Positions 61,104-64,000 of a DNA stretch of 64,000 nt are shown here, in pieces. The position numbers were made by a program, and so were the translations under genes. Below the pieces are notes generated by a model that was not told the origin of the DNA, searched no databases, and saw only the letters and a program-made list of their open reading frames with translations. The stretch's first letter is position 1. Each line of letters opens with the position of its first letter. The stretch comes from a virus (taxonomy: Duplodnaviria > Caudoviricetes), in IMG/VR virus record IMGVR_UViG_3300028888_001628, positions 64,001-128,000 of that record; one strand, written 5' to 3'.

Positions 61104-62498
61104 ATGAATTATTTAGAAAGAAGATTAAGTATTTTAGAAAGACGGATGATAGAAGCTATTGGTAGTCAGGTAATATCACTAAGCCTTTCAAATATTTCTA
61201 ACTTTTATAAAAGCTATATTAAAGAGAATAAACAAAAAATGATATCCGAGTTAAATAGAATCGGGTATTATGTTTTAAAGAATAAAGTCTCTATTGGAAA
61301 TAGTCCGACTACTACAAAAGATATTCAAATCTGTACTTACTTTGCCAGCATGGATTTTATAGATGAATGTAATGCTGCATTAGCAAATAAGTACAATGTA
61401 AGTGTCGATATTCAGAGTGTAGGTGGATTCTTTGTTCCAGCTACAAATGAATTAGTAGTAATCGTAAAAGTTTATAATGATGATTTAGAAAAATCGTTAA
61501 AAGACGCTGATATCAGATCTACAATAGAGCACGAATTAACTCACGCGTTTGATCACACAAACAAAGATAGAAGATTAGCTGATCAGAATAACGTTCCAGG
61601 TGTAGGTGAGAATTTCTTGTCTATGTGTGCGTATTTAGGTTGCGCTTCAAGATCTGATATTTTCAATCTAATGGGAACTGATATACTGACTAACGGTGCA
61701 GCATCAGAGTGTATTTATTCTATTAGCATTATTTTGTATAAGCTATTTACTATTACAGAATTCAATGCTCACCAGATGTCAGATCTAGACAGTCTTCATA
61801 AAGTAGACATTAATAGATCAGATAGAGTTAGAAAGGCATTACGTAAAGATATCCTAACTGACACGAAATTAACAGAAAGAAATTTAAAGTCAGCTATTAA
61901 AATAACACCTGAAAAATCGCCTGAACTATGGAAGATAGTTGGAAATGTTCTTACATATATGGGCTATAATTTAGACGGTAAATCACCATCTGCAGTTTAT
62001 CAATTCTTTAAACGTGAAAGTAGAAAGCTATTCGATAAATTCATTTCTAGAAAGATGAAGAATCAAGTGAAAGCGATTATTTCTTTACGTGAGAAGAATA
62101 ATTTAAAAGAGAAAATTATTTCTTGTATAAAAAATAATGATATGCAGAGAGGTGTTTCATTTTGGTTTTCTCCATCAGGCGACACAAACTCATATCTGTG
62201 CAGAATTACAGCCTCTACAAGCACTGTAGCACTTACTATTAATCGTGAACGTGTAAAACTATATGGTAATGCAGATGCAATCTATAAACGGGCTGTAGAT
62301 GCAAACAATGATAGAAATAGAGCAGCTTTTGAATTTGCCATAGACAATCTTGTCGATATTATAGTTCAATCTATAGAACGTAACTTTAATGATATTAAAT
62401 ATGATCCTGTTTATGATATTACAATTCCACAGGATGAGTTACAGATTAGTAAATCAAATAAAATCTCTAGTAGATTTGCTGATTTAGACTGGGATTAA
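61104..62498 (+). CDS. Leader-bearing putative zincin metalloprotease
   Basis: MNYLERRLSILERRMIEA; GGFF...STIEHELTHAFD (HExxH at 61530-61544) and a downstream EFNAH. Confidence 0.7.
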   Translation: MNYLERRLSILERRMIEAIGSQVISLSLSNISNFYKSYIKENKQKMISELNRIGYYVLKNKVSIGNSPTTTKDIQICTYFASMDFIDECNAALANKYNVSVDIQSVGGFFVPATNELVVIVKVYNDDLEKSLKDADIRSTIEHELTHAFDHTNKDRRLADQNNVPGVGENFLSMCAYLGCASRSDIFNLMGTDILTNGAASECIYSISIILYKLFTITEFNAHQMSDLDSLHKVDINRSDRVRKALRKDILTDTKLTERNLKSAIKITPEKSPELWKIVGNVLTYMGYNLDGKSPSAVYQFFKRESRKLFDKFISRKMKNQVKAIISLREKNNLKEKIISCIKNNDMQRGVSFWFSPSGDTNSYLCRITASTSTVALTINRERVKLYGNADAIYKRAVDANNDRNRAAFEFAIDNLVDIIVQSIERNFNDIKYDPVYDITIPQDELQISKSNKISSRFADLDWD

Positions 62499-62504
62499 AT
62501 TAGA

Positions 62505-62978
62505 ATGCTTAAATACGTACCTGAAGATACATTAGTATGCTTTTCTGAAATTAAATCAGAGATATCACTTGGGATTAATATCAGTGGTTGTCCGCATAGA
62601 TGCCCAGGATGCCATAGTCAATACTTACAAACAGACATTGGTGAAGAATTAACTACTGATATTATAGACAACCTAATAAATAAAAACCAGGGAATAACGT
62701 GTGTATTATTCCTTGGTGGTGACGGTGATAAGTGTACTTTAATTAATTTAGCAAGATATATAAGAAATAACTATGATTTATTAGTCGGATGGTATAGCGG
62801 TGATTCACATATAGATCTAAATGAGTACGGAAGGTACTTTGATTATATTAAAGTAGGTCCGTATGTAAAAGAATTTGGGCCACTAAACTCACCATCCACT
62901 AATCAGCGATTATACTTTATTAAAAGAAATAATGGCTCAATATCTGTTGAAGATATCACATCTTCTTTTTGGAGGTGA
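62505..62978 (+). CDS. nrdG: Anaerobic ribonucleotide reductase activase (radical SAM)
   Basis: SGCPHRCPGCHS (CxxxCxxC), FLGGD, DYIKVGPY and STNQRLY motifs. Confidence 0.92.
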   Translation: MLKYVPEDTLVCFSEIKSEISLGINISGCPHRCPGCHSQYLQTDIGEELTTDIIDNLINKNQGITCVLFLGGDGDKCTLINLARYIRNNYDLLVGWYSGDSHIDLNEYGRYFDYIKVGPYVKEFGPLNSPSTNQRLYFIKRNNGSISVEDITSSFWR

Positions 62979-62980
62979 TT

Positions 62981-63226
62981 ATGAATAAGAAATTAGAATC
63001 AAGAATTGCAAGATTAGAAAGAATGATGAATCGTAAGTCGGTTAAAAATGAATCTATGCTTACTAATGATCTAAATAAGGTTGTTCGCAGTCTTTCAATG
63101 GCTGATAGAGTACTTGTTGAACTTGTCAATGATTATTATGGTACTGATAATCCAATGAGAGATAGATGGAATTCAATGGCTAATCAGATTGAAGATATGA
63201 TTAGTGAGCTTAGAGGGATGGTCTAA
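62981..63226 (+). CDS. Small protein with LExRIxxLE leader (putative head-packaged internal protein)
   Basis: GGAGGTG RBS; MNKKLESRIARLERMMNRKSVKNES, 21 of 24 leader residues identical to 20476. Confidence 0.72.
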   Translation: MNKKLESRIARLERMMNRKSVKNESMLTNDLNKVVRSLSMADRVLVELVNDYYGTDNPMRDRWNSMANQIEDMISELRGMV

Positions 63227-63249
63227 TAACTAATATTAATATAAATAGT

Positions 63250-63293
63250 AAACCCATAGAGACAATTAAATCTCTATGGGTTTTGTTGTATAT
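63250..63293 (+). terminator. Intrinsic terminator followed by TTGTATAT
   Basis: aaacccatagaga / tctctatgggttt followed by tgtt; TTGTATAT at 63286. Confidence 0.75.
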
Positions 63294-63338
63294 AATCATT
63301 ATTAGTTTTATACAGTATTGCAATTAAAGGAATTGATT

Positions 63339-63617
63339 ATGAGGATTTATGACATTATAAGTAGTGGAGATTTTGAACAGGATTTAAAAAATATGTTTGA
63401 TCTTCTTGTTTACTTTAGAGTTATTACTAGTTCCAAGAAAAACTATTTAGAGCACGTGAAAGAGTGTGGCACTAAGTATGAGGACGAGGAATTGTATGTC
63501 AGTCCTAATTATTCACTTGAAAAGCTGCAAAGTATAATGCAAAAAGAAATTAGTGCTATTGATGAACTAGCAGGAACTATATCTGATCATCTTGATTTGT
63601 TTCACGATTGGGATTAG
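63339..63617 (+). CDS. Hypothetical protein
   Basis: AAGGA RBS before ATG 63339. Confidence 0.6.
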   Translation: MRIYDIISSGDFEQDLKNMFDLLVYFRVITSSKKNYLEHVKECGTKYEDEELYVSPNYSLEKLQSIMQKEISAIDELAGTISDHLDLFHDWD

Positions 63618-63618
63618 T

Positions 63619-63891
63619 ATGAAAGATAACTTTATAGTGCGTGTTTATAGAGATAGCAGTCTTAGAAAAGATGATTACGCATTTGAATGGGAAGGTGAAC
63701 TTAGTTATATTCTTGTAAACAATAGTTATATACGTATCACAGACTGGTCATATTTTGAAGACGCTTTAGACAACTCTAATATAACTGATTATTATCCTGT
63801 TGTATTTTGGAGATACCGCTCTGAAAATGATATGTTTGAAATTGGACAGGCTAGCGTGGTAAATAAAAAGCCATACACTACAATATTATAA
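63619..63891 (+). CDS. Hypothetical protein
   Basis: ATG directly after the upstream stop. Confidence 0.6.
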   Translation: MKDNFIVRVYRDSSLRKDDYAFEWEGELSYILVNNSYIRITDWSYFEDALDNSNITDYYPVVFWRYRSENDMFEIGQASVVNKKPYTTIL

Positions 63892-63903
63892 GGTGTAAAA
63901 TAA

Positions 63904-64000
63904 ATGATAGCACAAGAAGAAATATTAGATTTTATACATAGACGATTCAAACAGGACTGCGATTGGAAAACAGGTAACTGCTATTATTTTGCAGTTATCT
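63904..64000 (+). CDS. 5' end of a gene truncated by the window edge (GNCYYFA motif)
   Basis: AAGGTG RBS; MIAQEEILDFIHRRFKQDCDWKTGNCYYFAVI... Confidence 0.6.
   Translation, partial: MIAQEEILDFIHRRFKQDCDWKTGNCYYFAVI

Noticed and set aside
1-64000. CRISPR array, tRNA or rRNA genes
   Set aside because: No regularly spaced repeats, and the intergenic gaps are short, AT-rich and occupied by hairpins; no cloverleaf was recognised by eye.
1-64000. Stop-codon reassignment, as in some large gut phages
   Set aside because: Conserved genes are full length under code 11, and TAA, TAG and TGA all end genes that are followed by new RBS/start signals.

Overview
The window is a 64-kb, AT-rich piece of a large tailed bacteriophage genome with every credible gene on the + strand and the standard genetic code. 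It has a contractile tail and T4-like morphogenesis genes: prohead protease, gp23-like major capsid protein, scaffold/core and neck proteins, tail terminator, two sheath paralogues, tube, tape measure with an NlpC/P60 domain, baseplate proteins and fibres. Replication and nucleotide-metabolism genes are interleaved with these: family A DNA polymerase, a separate 5'-3' exonuclease, DnaB-like helicase, SNF2 helicase, a primase-type Zn finger, thymidine kinase and anaerobic NrdD/NrdG, the last implying an anaerobic host. The most striking unexplained pattern is that eight dispersed small or medium genes with largely unrelated bodies start with the same short leader, L-E-x-R-[IVL]-x-x-L-E, usually followed by basic residues and a KNE/xxE site. 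The same motif sits at the C-terminus of two head-core/scaffold-like proteins, and KNE|S also occurs at residue 54 of the major capsid protein. Several of these genes have a motif (ATATCTR) upstream that also precedes structural operons. I infer a modular capsid-targeting system that loads diverse effectors (an HExxH protease, DUF6273-like domains, small acidic proteins) into the head, analogous to but distinct from the T4 internal-protein CTS. All family assignments come from motif recognition by eye; no database searches were run.
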